Below are positions 1-8,725 of a DNA stretch of 64,000 nt, one piece after another (the stretch's first letter is position 1; each line of letters starts with the position of its first letter). The notes beneath the pieces are model-generated. The model saw only the letters and a list, made by a program, of their open reading frames with translations, was not told the origin of the DNA and searched no databases. The position numbers were made by a program, and so were the translations under genes. This DNA is from an uncultured Candidatus Rokubacteria bacterium (GTDB taxonomy: Bacteria > Methylomirabilota > Methylomirabilia > Rokubacteriales > DASRDR01), in the NCBI GenBank assembly GCA_963805625.1, contig CAWDVE010000017.1, forward strand, positions 32,001 to 96,000, given 5' to 3'.

Positions 1-191
1 TCGCTGCCGAAGGTGTCGCTGCGAAACGCCGCCCGCCCGTCGTCCATCAGCCGCCGGGCATTCTCGCCGATGGCGCCGTCGAAGCCTCTCGACGTGTCAC
101 CGCCCGTCTCGGCTCCCCGCATCGACATGCACGCCGCCCCTATTAACCCAGCGAGGACCACGATGCTTCCGACTCGGGCGCCGATCTTCAT
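1..191 (-). CDS. Exported/lipoprotein, probably cytochrome c-related (5' part; runs off the window)
   Basis: ATG at 191 with GAGGAG RBS. Translates MKIGARVGSIVVLAGLIGAAC (lipobox-like)...GRAAFRSDTFG, resembling the FRxDTFG start of a cytochrome c-type family. Not in the ORF track. Confidence 0.55.
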   Translation of the reverse strand, partial: MKIGARVGSIVVLAGLIGAACMSMRGAETGGDTSRGFDGAIGENARRLMDDGRAAFRSDTFGS

Positions 192-250
192 GACTCGTCT
201 CCTCGCGCAGCGTCGCCTGCTCACACTTAGATGCGCGGGAGCGCCAGATC

Positions 251-487
251 TTACCTACCGGGTCGGGTGACCTCGAGGAGGGCCTGGTACTCCTCGCCGC
301 ACTCCATGCACTGGGCGATATGCTGGGCCACCTGCGGGAACGCCGATTGCGCGGCGCCGGGCTCCCCGGAGCTCGCGACCAGATCGACGTATCCCGGGAG
401 CCGCTCGAAGAACTCCGAGCAGACGATCTCCGTCTCGCGCGTCTCGAAGATCGTGCCGAGGAACCGGATCAGCGCCGCCTGGTCCAC
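251..487 (-). CDS. Small zinc-binding anti-sigma factor (ZAS type)
   Basis: C...HIAQCMEC matches the HxxxCxxC motif; lies directly downstream of the ECF sigma gene. Confidence 0.75.
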   Translation of the reverse strand: MDQAALIRFLGTIFETRETEIVCSEFFERLPGYVDLVASSGEPGAAQSAFPQVAQHIAQCMECGEEYQALLEVTRPGR

Positions 488-488
488 G

Positions 489-1130
489 CTATGGTGACCC
501 CCTTTCGAAGGTCTTCAGCGCGTCCCCGATACTGACCCCTCCGGCGAGCAGGGCGCCGCGGAGCTTCCGCCTGGCGTCATGGATCGCCTTGTACACCGCA
601 TCGCGCGAGATGCCGAGGTCTGCGGCGAGAAGATCCAGTGGCTGCTGGTGAAAGACGTGGGCGAGGAGGATGCGCCGCTGATGCGCGGTCAGCTCCGTCT
701 CGATGATCTGCTTGATCCTCGCCCACAGCTCTCGCTGAAGGGCGGCGCGGTCGGGGGCCGGGCCCTCGTCGAGCGGCCAGTCCGGAACCGCGCCATCGGG
801 GGCGTCGAGGGATCGCCGGGTCCAGCGCCGCCGGCGCAGCTGCCCGAGCAGGACGTTGACGGCGATCCGGTGAAGCCAGGTGGTGAAGCGGCTGTCGTGC
901 CTGAAGGTGTCGAGCTTGGCGCGCACCATGACCAGCGTGTCGTGTACGGCATCCTCGGCGAACGCTTCCACCTCGCTTTGGGCGATGCAGGCGGGCCGAT
1001 TCCGCCGCAGATAGGCGACCAGGCTTCGATGAACCTGTTGCCGGATCGCCGCCCACGCCGCCTCGCTGTCGGCGCGGAGCGACGTCACCCAGTCGAGGTT
1101 GCTTCGTTCCGGTTCGGGCGGCGTCGTCAT
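489..1130 (-). CDS. ECF RNA polymerase sigma factor
   Basis: Region 2 (AEDAVHDT...SRFTTWLHRIAVN) and region 4 HTH (LAADLGISRDAVYKAIHDARRKLR). Confidence 0.9.
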   Translation of the reverse strand: MTTPPEPERSNLDWVTSLRADSEAAWAAIRQQVHRSLVAYLRRNRPACIAQSEVEAFAEDAVHDTLVMVRAKLDTFRHDSRFTTWLHRIAVNVLLGQLRRRRWTRRSLDAPDGAVPDWPLDEGPAPDRAALQRELWARIKQIIETELTAHQRRILLAHVFHQQPLDLLAADLGISRDAVYKAIHDARRKLRGALLAGGVSIGDALKTFERGSP

Positions 1131-1254
1131 CGCGTGCCTGCGCGGGCCACCATGCGGGACCTACTGCGCCCGATCGAGGCGCTCGAGCCAGCCCAGGTGG
1201 GGGCGAAGGACGGGCGGGACGGTAGCGGTGTCGTCGGCCCCCTGATAGTTCTCT

Positions 1255-2184
1255 TCACCGGCGCAATTCGTCGAGCCGCGCTTTGGCCAGCGCCGCGAAC
1301 GCGCCCTCGGAGTATTTCTCGAGATAGGCCTCGTACATTGCCGGATTGTCGCTCTCCCGTACAGTGTCCCAGAACGCCAGCTCCACGGCGACAAGCTCGG
1401 TAGGTGATGCTGATGCTTCCGGCTGCGTCGTCCCCTCCAGAAGCGCCTGCCGGCGCGCCTCAGCGAGCTTCGCGAACGGTCCGTCAGCATACTGTTCAAG
1501 ATATGCCTCGAACTCCGCCGGATCCGCACTGTCCTTGATCGCGTCCCAGAACGCCAGCTGGAAGGCCGCGGGATCGCTGACCGATGATTCGGGCCCGACG
1601 GGCGTGGCGGCTGGTCGATCCGGCGCGGCTTCGGTGCGCGGCACGTCCTCGAACCGCACCCGAAAGGCCCGTATGGGCTGGGCGATGTTCTTCACGCTCT
1701 GCTCGCCCAGATCTTCGAATGTCAAGAGACCCTTGTTGCGGAGATGGTCGCGAACGCCGCGCGAGACGCAGATCCCGCCCGGTTCGGCCAGCGCCTCCAA
1801 GCGCGCGGCAATGTTGACGCCATCGCCAAAGATTTCGCCGTCCTTGACCATCACGTCGCCGACGTGAAGTCCGATCCGGAACAGCATGCGGCGCTCGGGC
1901 CGCTCATCGGCCGTCGCCGCCGTGATCGCTCGCTGGATCTGTACCGCGCAGTCGACCGCGTCGACCACGCTGACGAACTCCGCCAGCACGCTATCGCCGG
2001 CGGTCCCGGTAATCCGCCCGGAATGGCGGGCAATCAACTCGTCGACGATCAGGCGGTGGCGGGAGAGCGTGGCCAGGGTGGCCACCTCGTCCTGCTCCAT
2101 GTGCCGGCTGTACCCCTCGACGTCGGCGGCGAGGATGGCGACGAGCTTGCGTTCGAGACGGGGCGCTTCCATCAAGGGCTCCAT
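1255..2184 (-). CDS. Class III adenylate/guanylate cyclase with two C-terminal helical repeats
   Basis: ILAADVEGYS, GDSVLA, FRIGLHVGDV and GDGVNIAARLE motifs. Start probably 2184 or 2172 rather than 2292. Confidence 0.88.
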   Translation of the reverse strand: MEPLMEAPRLERKLVAILAADVEGYSRHMEQDEVATLATLSRHRLIVDELIARHSGRITGTAGDSVLAEFVSVVDAVDCAVQIQRAITAATADERPERRMLFRIGLHVGDVMVKDGEIFGDGVNIAARLEALAEPGGICVSRGVRDHLRNKGLLTFEDLGEQSVKNIAQPIRAFRVRFEDVPRTEAAPDRPAATPVGPESSVSDPAAFQLAFWDAIKDSADPAEFEAYLEQYADGPFAKLAEARRQALLEGTTQPEASASPTELVAVELAFWDTVRESDNPAMYEAYLEKYSEGAFAALAKARLDELRR

Positions 2185-2469
2185 CGCGCATGATTGGTCA
2201 AGGCGATCAGCCAACGACCAGCACAGAAAAGTCTGAGCGCCGTTTGAAGCGAGATTTCCGATATGGACCCATCCGCCCCGGCATGGCTGCACTCAGCCCG
2301 ATACTCCCGGCGGGCCACGAGCCGCCGCCGGGGGTTTTGTGTCGCTTGCGATTCAGGATGTCGAGGATCGGAATGGGGGTAGAGCGCGACATCAGCGCTT
2401 TTTCTCTTTTCGGTCAATCGCCCCGGTTGCCGCCAAGGCGGCTGCTGGACGCGCTCATACGCCCTCCTG

Positions 2470-3138
2470 TTAGAGCTTTTTCAGCGCGTCGATCCGCTCT
2501 TGCGTGCCCGGATGGGTGGCGAGGAACCCGCCCCCGCTGGCGCCCTCGGTCCGCAGGAGCCAGGTCAGCGTGTTGATCATCAGCTCTTTGGAATACCCGG
2601 CACGGCGGAGGAGATCCACACCGTGGCGGTCCGCTTCGTATTCCTCCTGGCGGCTATAGCCACGGGTAATCAAGGCGCCGGCGACGGGTGTGATCTGGCC
2701 ACTGCCAGGGAATATCTGGTCGAGAATAATCATGCCGATGCCCACTCCGGCGCCGAGCGCTTGCGCCTTGGCGACATGGCCGAGATCGTCGTGGGCGAGC
2801 TCATGGGCCAGCACCCCCCTGAGCTGGTCATCGTTGGCCTTCTGAAGCAGCCCGGTGGTGACATAGAACTCTCCCCCGCCGGCGCTGGCCGCGTTGACGC
2901 GCGGATCGTCCATGATCCCCACCCGGACCTGATTCAAAGGGCGCGAATGATCCATGGCTCCGACGAGCGGGACCATGATGCGCCGAAGGCGCTCGGCCTG
3001 CTGCGCATCGAGCGGACGAGACGCGGGCCGGGTCCCGCCAGTCTGGCTCGGCTCGCCCGACGGCGCGCCCCCGAGCCCGGCGCACCCCCCGGTCACGGCG
3101 AAGAGGAGGAGGGCGGCAATGGGCGGTGTTCGCATCAT
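2470..3138 (-). CDS. M48 family metallopeptidase lipoprotein
   Basis: Lipobox-like VTGGC, HELAH (HExxH), YSRQEEYEAD and THP motifs. Confidence 0.88.
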   Translation of the reverse strand: MMRTPPIAALLLFAVTGGCAGLGGAPSGEPSQTGGTRPASRPLDAQQAERLRRIMVPLVGAMDHSRPLNQVRVGIMDDPRVNAASAGGGEFYVTTGLLQKANDDQLRGVLAHELAHDDLGHVAKAQALGAGVGIGMIILDQIFPGSGQITPVAGALITRGYSRQEEYEADRHGVDLLRRAGYSKELMINTLTWLLRTEGASGGGFLATHPGTQERIDALKKL

Positions 3139-3369
3139 CCTCTTACCCTGGTTGCCCCCAAGGCGGGCCTGCGGGATCCTGCTGCTGGGGCTCCGGCGGC
3201 CGAAGGAGTGGCGCGTCATCCCCACGTCTCAGGCGGGTGACCTTGCGTCAGCCTCGAGCAAGCTGCAATGTCTACCGGCGTACCTCGTCGATGTTTCACA
3301 CCTTGCTGCTGGAGCGCACGAGTCGTGTCTCCGCAGTAGGTTGTCCCCGCGTGGCACGTTGGGGACTAA

Positions 3370-4675
3370 GGACCCGGTGCGAAATAAATGGACCAGATGC
3401 TATCGCTTTGCCGACTGGGTGGGAAGGATCGTGTAGTTCCAGTCCCCGTGAAACGGATCGGGCCGCAGGCGGACGGCCTCCAGGGTGGCGCGACTGACCT
3501 TGAGGCCCGAGGGATACCGGGTCGTGTCCAGCCGCGCCCGCACGCGGAGGCCCGTGGTGGTCGTGGTGGCCGCGATCAGATTCACAATGACCGCGTGACT
3601 GAGCAGGGGCTGGCCGCGCCAGTTCTGAGTGATGAAGGAGAACAGGCGGTGTTCGATCTTGTTCCACTTGCTCGTGCCGGGCGGGAAATGACACACCGTG
3701 ATGGGCAGGTGGAGGCGGTCCGCCAGTTTCTGCAGCTCGACCTTCCACAACCGCCGGCGGGCGCCGTTGCTCCCGCCGGCGTCGGCCGTGATCAGCAGCC
3801 GCCGGGCGTGAGGATAGGCCCGGCGCCCCATGGCCTGCCACCAGTGGCGAATGCTCGCGACGGCAAACGCCGCCGTGTCGTGGTCGATGCCGACACTGAC
3901 CCAGCCGGTGTTGGCGCCCAGATCGTAGACCCCGTAGGGAATGGCGCGCCCCAGCTCCGGCTGCACGAAGTCGTGGACCCGCACCGGCCGAGGCTGCCCG
4001 TGGGCCCGCCATTCGCGACCGGCATTCTTGAACGGCCCCACGAGCTCCTTCTTCTTGGTATCGACAGAGATCGCCGGCTGGCCCTGGCGCAGCGTGGCCT
4101 GGACGCGGGCGGCGATGTGCTCGAACTGGGCATTGCGATCGGGGTGCCGGGTGCCCTCGATCGTCTTCCGATTGGCCTGCAGGCTGTACCCCAACTGCTG
4201 GAGCAACGCGGCGACCATCCGATGGCTCGTGCGATGCCCTTGGCGGGTCAGCTCGGCGGCCAGGCGCCGGACGCTCTTGCAGGTCCACCGCAGCGGGGAC
4301 TGCGGATCCCCGCGCGTCGTGGGTTCGATCAGCGTTTCCAAGTCCGTCACCAACGTCGGATCCTGGTCGACCGTGCGCTTGCGCCCGCCTCCGGGACGCC
4401 GGATCCGCCCCGGGGCCAGGGCCGCTGCGCCACGGGCCTTCAGCTCCGTGACCCCAGCGCGAATGGCGCGCCGGGACACTCCTGTGGCCCGGGCCACCGC
4501 CGACACGCTGTCCGCGGCCGCGACTTCCGCCGCGGCCACCAGCCGGCGCAGCCGCTCGTCCAGGTGCGGCTCGATCAGCCGGAACCGTCGTCGAATGGCC
4601 TGCTCGGCCACCATCCATGGGATACCCTAGCAGCCACGATCCCATTATCTGGTACATTTATTTCGTGACAATCCC
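3370..4675 (-). mobile_element. Complete ISAzo13-family insertion sequence
   Basis: Imperfect terminal inverted repeats sharing CGAAATAAATGxACCAGAT; TAA target duplication at 3367-3369 and 4676-4678. Confidence 0.88.
3400..4614 (-). CDS. ISAzo13-family transposase
   Basis: ISVDTKKKE, LLITADAGGSN and PPGTSKWNKIEHRLFSFI motifs. Confidence 0.93.
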   Translation of the reverse strand: MVAEQAIRRRFRLIEPHLDERLRRLVAAAEVAAADSVSAVARATGVSRRAIRAGVTELKARGAAALAPGRIRRPGGGRKRTVDQDPTLVTDLETLIEPTTRGDPQSPLRWTCKSVRRLAAELTRQGHRTSHRMVAALLQQLGYSLQANRKTIEGTRHPDRNAQFEHIAARVQATLRQGQPAISVDTKKKELVGPFKNAGREWRAHGQPRPVRVHDFVQPELGRAIPYGVYDLGANTGWVSVGIDHDTAAFAVASIRHWWQAMGRRAYPHARRLLITADAGGSNGARRRLWKVELQKLADRLHLPITVCHFPPGTSKWNKIEHRLFSFITQNWRGQPLLSHAVIVNLIAATTTTTGLRVRARLDTTRYPSGLKVSRATLEAVRLRPDPFHGDWNYTILPTQSAKR

Positions 4676-4759
4676 TAACGCTATGGCGCGCCGCTGGGGA
4701 TAGTGCCATAGGCGACGGCGAACGATTGCTACCTGAGAGCGGGATCGGATGTCTCGCCC

Positions 4760-4903
4760 TCAAAGTCGGCCCGTTAAAGCCAAGATAATGAGGATGAGCA
4801 CGATCAGACCGACGCCACCTCCCATGTACGGGCCGCCGTAACGCCAACCGCCCGGGACACCGACAAGAAGCACCACGATAAGGATGATCAGCAGTAGATT
4901 CAT
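4760..4903 (-). CDS. Small membrane protein, DUF3309-like (47 aa)
   Basis: MNLLLIILIVVLLVGVPGGWRYGGPYMGGGVGLIVLILIILALTGRL with GGAGG RBS; below the ORF-track size cutoff. Confidence 0.8.
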   Translation of the reverse strand: MNLLLIILIVVLLVGVPGGWRYGGPYMGGGVGLIVLILIILALTGRL

Positions 4904-4929
4904 GGCGTGCCCTCCCTCAAGGCGGGTTC

Positions 4930-5300
4930 ACGGACGGGTTACCATCGTGGGGACGGTGCGCTGCTCCCTCTGCGGAGCGCTTCGAGCGCCGCGCCCCGGC
5001 ACCGCGTCGAACGGCGTCGTCTGCCAGGCCGTCCCCACAGAGCCCGTGATCGAGTGGGCGATGCCGACCGGATAGAACGTGGCTCGCCAATCCTCTTCTC
5101 CATGGCGCGCCAACTCGAGATCGTACTGCTACCGGGCCATGCCGGCGGCGATGTGCCGATGACCTCCCACGAGGGGAGCCACTGGCGCAGGGCGTTCAGC
5201 GCGCCTCGTGACTCTGTATCCGGGTCAAGCCGAGCGGCTGCGAGAGTGGCGAACAGAAGGCGCCCTCGCTGTAGGCGAGCGCGTCCCTCAGCATCGGGCG
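4930..5300 (-). pseudogene. Degenerate hypothetical protein
   Basis: Protein-like segments (LRQWLPSW..IG; YDLELARHGEEDWRATFYPVGIAHS) are split over frames with an internal stop. Confidence 0.4.
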
Positions 5301-5406
5301 CCAAGCGGAGGGGGGGTCCAGGCACGCGGCATCCTCCCGCTTCAGGATCGTGCGGATGGTACCCTAGAAGTACCGAATCGTGCCATGCCGCCGCCCGGGC
5401 CCCTGC

Positions 5407-5565
5407 GAGCAACCTCGCGGTCGGACTGGTCAACGTCCCGATTCGCCTCTACAGGGCCACGCGCACGGAGGGGATTGCCTGCCACCCCCTCCACGATCGT
5501 CGCGGGAGCCGGATCCAAAATCAATCCTACTGTCCCGTCCGCAACCTGATGGTACCCGAGAGAAG
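5407..5565 (+). pseudogene. N-terminal fragment of Ku (NHEJ) protein
   Basis: LAVGLVNVPIRLYRAT...HPLHDRRGSRIQNQSYCPV resembles the Ku N-terminus; truncated by the IS110 remnant. Confidence 0.65.
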
Positions 5566-5574
5566 CTTGTCCGC

Positions 5575-6046
5575 GGTTCGCCTGGCTGGACGACGCCATC
5601 AGCCGTCTCGAGGCCGACCTCACGACCCTGATCCGCTCGACTCCGATCAGGCGGGAAGCCGACGAGCTGCTGCGCTCGGTCCCCGGCGTAGGGCGGGTCA
5701 CGTCGTGCGCGCTCATCGCCGATTTGCCGGAGCTCGGCCACCTGGATCGCCGTCGCATTGCCGCCCTCGCGGGACTGGCCCCGGTGGCCCGAGATAGCGG
5801 CGCCTTCCGAGGCCGGCGGATGATTGTCGGTGGTCGGGCGCACGTCCGGCGCATCCTGTACATGGCCACGGTTGCGGCGATCAAGTACAACCCCGTGATC
5901 CGGGCGTTCGTTCACCGCCTCGTGGCCGCGGGCCGTCCTGGAAAAGTCGCGGTCATCGCCGCCATGCGGAAGCTCCTCACGATCCTCAATGCCATGCTCC
6001 GAGACCGCAGGCCGTGGCAAATCGCTTGACTCGAAAGACAGTCGCT
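5575..6046 (+). mobile_element. IS110-family transposase, 3' remnant with right end
   Basis: LRSVPGVG, GLAPVARDSG and AAMRKLLTILNAMLRD; stop at 6029 followed by a short right end. The N-terminal DEDD domain is missing. Confidence 0.85.
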
Positions 6047-6074
6047 CAAGGCTGAAACGCGGGTTGGAATCCCG
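6045..6074 (+). other. tRNA-Glu(CUC)-like 3' half remnant
   Basis: CTCAA-GGCTG-AAAC-GCGGG-TTGGAAT-CCCG follows the anticodon-loop, variable-loop and T-arm layout. Confidence 0.4.
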
Positions 6075-6469
6075 GGCCTCCCTGATCGCCGTCCGGCACA
6101 CGGGCTTCACCCGTGGGGGCCAGGGCGCCACGTCAACGAGGTCTCGACTTCTGCGTCACTTCTGGAGTCCTGGCCTGCCCCAGGATGTCAGCGCTGAGCG
6201 CAAGGTTGCGCGGTATCGGCTCATGACGGACGTGGCGGTCGAAGCGGAAGGCGACGTCGCGCGCACGACGTGCTTCCGGTTCTTCGCTCGGATGGGCTAC
6301 TGCCTCCGCCCCGAGGAACCGACCGGCGGTCGCGACCAGTACAACAGCGATGCGGATTGCCTGCTCGCGCACCACCCGGACAGACACATCGTCGGCAGTA
6401 CGCGAGTCGTCCCTACGGCCCACCCCAAAACGAGGGGGGAAACGAGGGGGAGGACAGGGTCAAAACGCA

Positions 6470-7417
6470 TCACAAGCCATCCCAACCCATCATAGAAATC
6501 CACGGGAAACCGTAGTGACGGATCGCCGTGCCTGGAGCGGGGATTCTGCGTGTTCTCAGGGTTAAGATCTTGTCCACAAACGTCGCCGCCCGCCGGTCCA
6601 TATCGGTAATGCTCGCGCTGTAGCTCATGAGCCCCCCGCCGGCCGCAAATCCTGGGGACGTGGCGAAATACATCACCGGGAGCCGGCTCTTTCCCGCGTG
6701 GTCGACGACCTGTTTCGGGTGCGAGGCGAGAACGGCGCTCGACAGCGTGAGGACGGCATCAGCGCGCCCCGTGCGTGCGGCTCGGAACGCCGTCTCAATA
6801 CCGTTGGGACCGCGTACGTCCAGATACTGAAGTTGCACGCGAAGGGTCCGGGCAGCGCGTTCCGTCTCTTGTAACGCTTGAGCGTGGCCCGGCTCGGTCG
6901 AATCCCCAAGGACCGCCACGCGCGAGAGCTGCGGAACGACCTCCTTGAGAAGCTCGAGTTGCTTTCCGTATATCTCCGGGGACAGCGTTGACAAGCCCGT
7001 AATGTTCCCGCCAGGTCGTGCCAGACTGGCGACGAACCCGTTGGCCACCGGATCGTTGTCATTGGTGATGACAATGGGAATCGTCACGGTGGCGGCCTTG
7101 ACCGGACGGGTGGCTGACGGCCCCGCCGTGACGATGACGTCGACCTTGAGACGGACGAGTTCGGCCGCCAGCGAGGGGAGGCGCTCGAGTTGTCCCTCCG
7201 CAGATCGCCACTCAATGACGATGGTTTTTCCCTCCACGTGCCCCAGTTCGCGCAGGCCCTGCCGGAATGCGTCGGTGCGGGCCGACATCACGGACAAAGG
7301 GACAGCCGTGAGGAACCCGATCCGGGGGATGTTGGATGGCGACTGAGCCTCGGCGGCGAGCGGCGCGGCGAGGACTAGGGCGAGGATGACGAGGGCCGTG
7401 AGCAGAGCGAGCCTCAT
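6470..7417 (-). pseudogene. ABC transporter substrate-binding protein (ABC_sub_bind type), C-terminally truncated
   Basis: Signal peptide, PRIGFL, ASLARPGGNITG and GGLMSY. Homology stops at FVDKIL (~6563) and the usual GAKPADLPVEQPT tail is absent. Confidence 0.8.
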
Positions 7418-7675
7418 GGAGTCCTCCCGTTGTTCCGGAGGCCGGGTCGACACCCAGTCCCGCCGGGACCCGGCTGGGGACTGCCCCGACCCTACCAAGC
7501 CCCCGTTCTGGGCGCCAGCGGCCTCGAAGAACGACGGCGGCGGCGGCTTCGCGCCCATTCCGGCGAGCGTAGCTGGGCGTCCCAGCGGGGCGTCGCGGTC
7601 GCCAACGCGACGATGTGTCGCGCCCGGGGAGCACCCGCTAGTCGGAAACCCCAGCATTTTCGGCCGAACTTGCCA

Positions 7676-7691
7676 TGGCACTCACCGTGCA
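7676..7691 (+). promoter_or_regulatory. Sigma-54-like -24/-12 promoter
   Basis: TGGCAC-N5-GTGCA upstream of the ATG at 7719. Confidence 0.45.
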
Positions 7692-7718
7692 CGCCTGACC
7701 CCATCGGGAGATGTCTTC

Positions 7719-7952
7719 ATGACGCCACGAGTGCCTTCTCCTGGATCCTCGGGCCGCCGCCCGTTCACCATGACCGGCACGATCGCCACCTGGAATGCGG
7801 TCGGACGCTGGCTGGGCATCGGCGCGCGCAACGTCTGGCTGGCACCGGGCGTGACGGTGGCCGGTCTGGTGCCGGGCGCCACGGTCACGGCCAAGGGGTA
7901 CCGGGAAACCGAGTGGGACCGCTGGGTCGTGACACACCTCACGCTCGGGTGA
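7719..7952 (+). CDS. Small beta-rich protein (DUF5666/OB-fold-like), paralog 1
   Basis: Aligns along its length with 8307..8570 (G.I..W, AP.V, GATVT, RW.VT). Confidence 0.6.
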   Translation: MTPRVPSPGSSGRRPFTMTGTIATWNAVGRWLGIGARNVWLAPGVTVAGLVPGATVTAKGYRETEWDRWVVTHLTLG

Positions 7953-8213
7953 TCGAGCTCCGCCCAATCTCTCCGGTGTCAACACCTCCGCCCTCCTCGC
8001 CGCCCGGCCCGGCCCCGCTCCAGTTCGCTATGAGCGACCACATCACCACCGGGATTCGGTCAGTCGTCTACTCACAATCGGCGGGCGCCGTCTGCGGGTG
8101 GCCCCGACCTTGGACAGCCGGCACGCGGCGACACCACGTCGTCATCACGACCGGATGACCGGAAACGGCTTAGGTCGGCACAGGTGAAAGGCGCGCAAAT
8201 CGGCCTTTTGCCC

Positions 8214-8229
8214 CGGCATCGGCCGTGCA
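8214..8229 (+). promoter_or_regulatory. Sigma-54-like -24/-12 promoter
   Basis: CGGCAT-N5-GTGCA upstream of paralog 2. Confidence 0.4.
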
Positions 8230-8306
8230 TTCTTGGGCGGAACTACGGAGCGCGGACCTCGTAGCCCCTTCGATTGCGGCCGAGCTGCCTGACGGCAGGA
8301 GCGAGT

Positions 8307-8570
8307 ATGACCGACGTACTGACCCAATGCCCACCGCACACGCAGGCGTTCATCATCCACGGCGAGATTCTCGCGTGGGATCCGGACCAGCGAGTGCTGC
8401 AGGTCGGCACGCACCGGGTCTCCGTAGCCCCGAGTGTACCGATCGTGAAGCTGAAATGCGGCGCGACCGTCACGGTCTTCGGGCAAGAGGATCGACTCAG
8501 CGCGCGATGGATCGTGACCGACGTCGCGCTCCGCGGCATCGACACCGGGGGTGCTCCTGCCGCCGCATAG
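8307..8570 (+). CDS. Small beta-rich protein (DUF5666/OB-fold-like), paralog 2
   Basis: AGGAG RBS; aligns with 7719..7952. Confidence 0.65.
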   Translation: MTDVLTQCPPHTQAFIIHGEILAWDPDQRVLQVGTHRVSVAPSVPIVKLKCGATVTVFGQEDRLSARWIVTDVALRGIDTGGAPAAA

Positions 8571-8571
8571 C

Positions 8572-8725
8572 CTCCTGCTCCTCATCCGCCGGAAGCTCGA
8601 GAACGGCACGCTCCCACTCAACAGCATTCCTCGTATCTGGGGCGGCCCGGGCAAAGAGAGGAAACCTGCGACGCCTGCGAGAGGATCATCACCAAGGATG
8701 AAATGCTGATCGAAGGCATCAGCCT
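8572..8725 (+). pseudogene. Small CxxC protein fragment, frameshifted and cut by an IS
   Basis: IRRKLENGTLPLNSIPRIWGGPG, then a frameshift, then ETCDACERIITKDEMLIEGIS, ending at the IS boundary. Confidence 0.5.

Noticed and set aside
189-202. GGAGACGAGTCATG start context shared with 11805-11818
   Set aside because: Mostly RBS plus ATG; the genes are unrelated and chance cannot be excluded.
5575-6046. Functional IS110 bridge-RNA system
   Set aside because: The DEDD domain and the left non-coding end are missing, so no bridge RNA can be read here.
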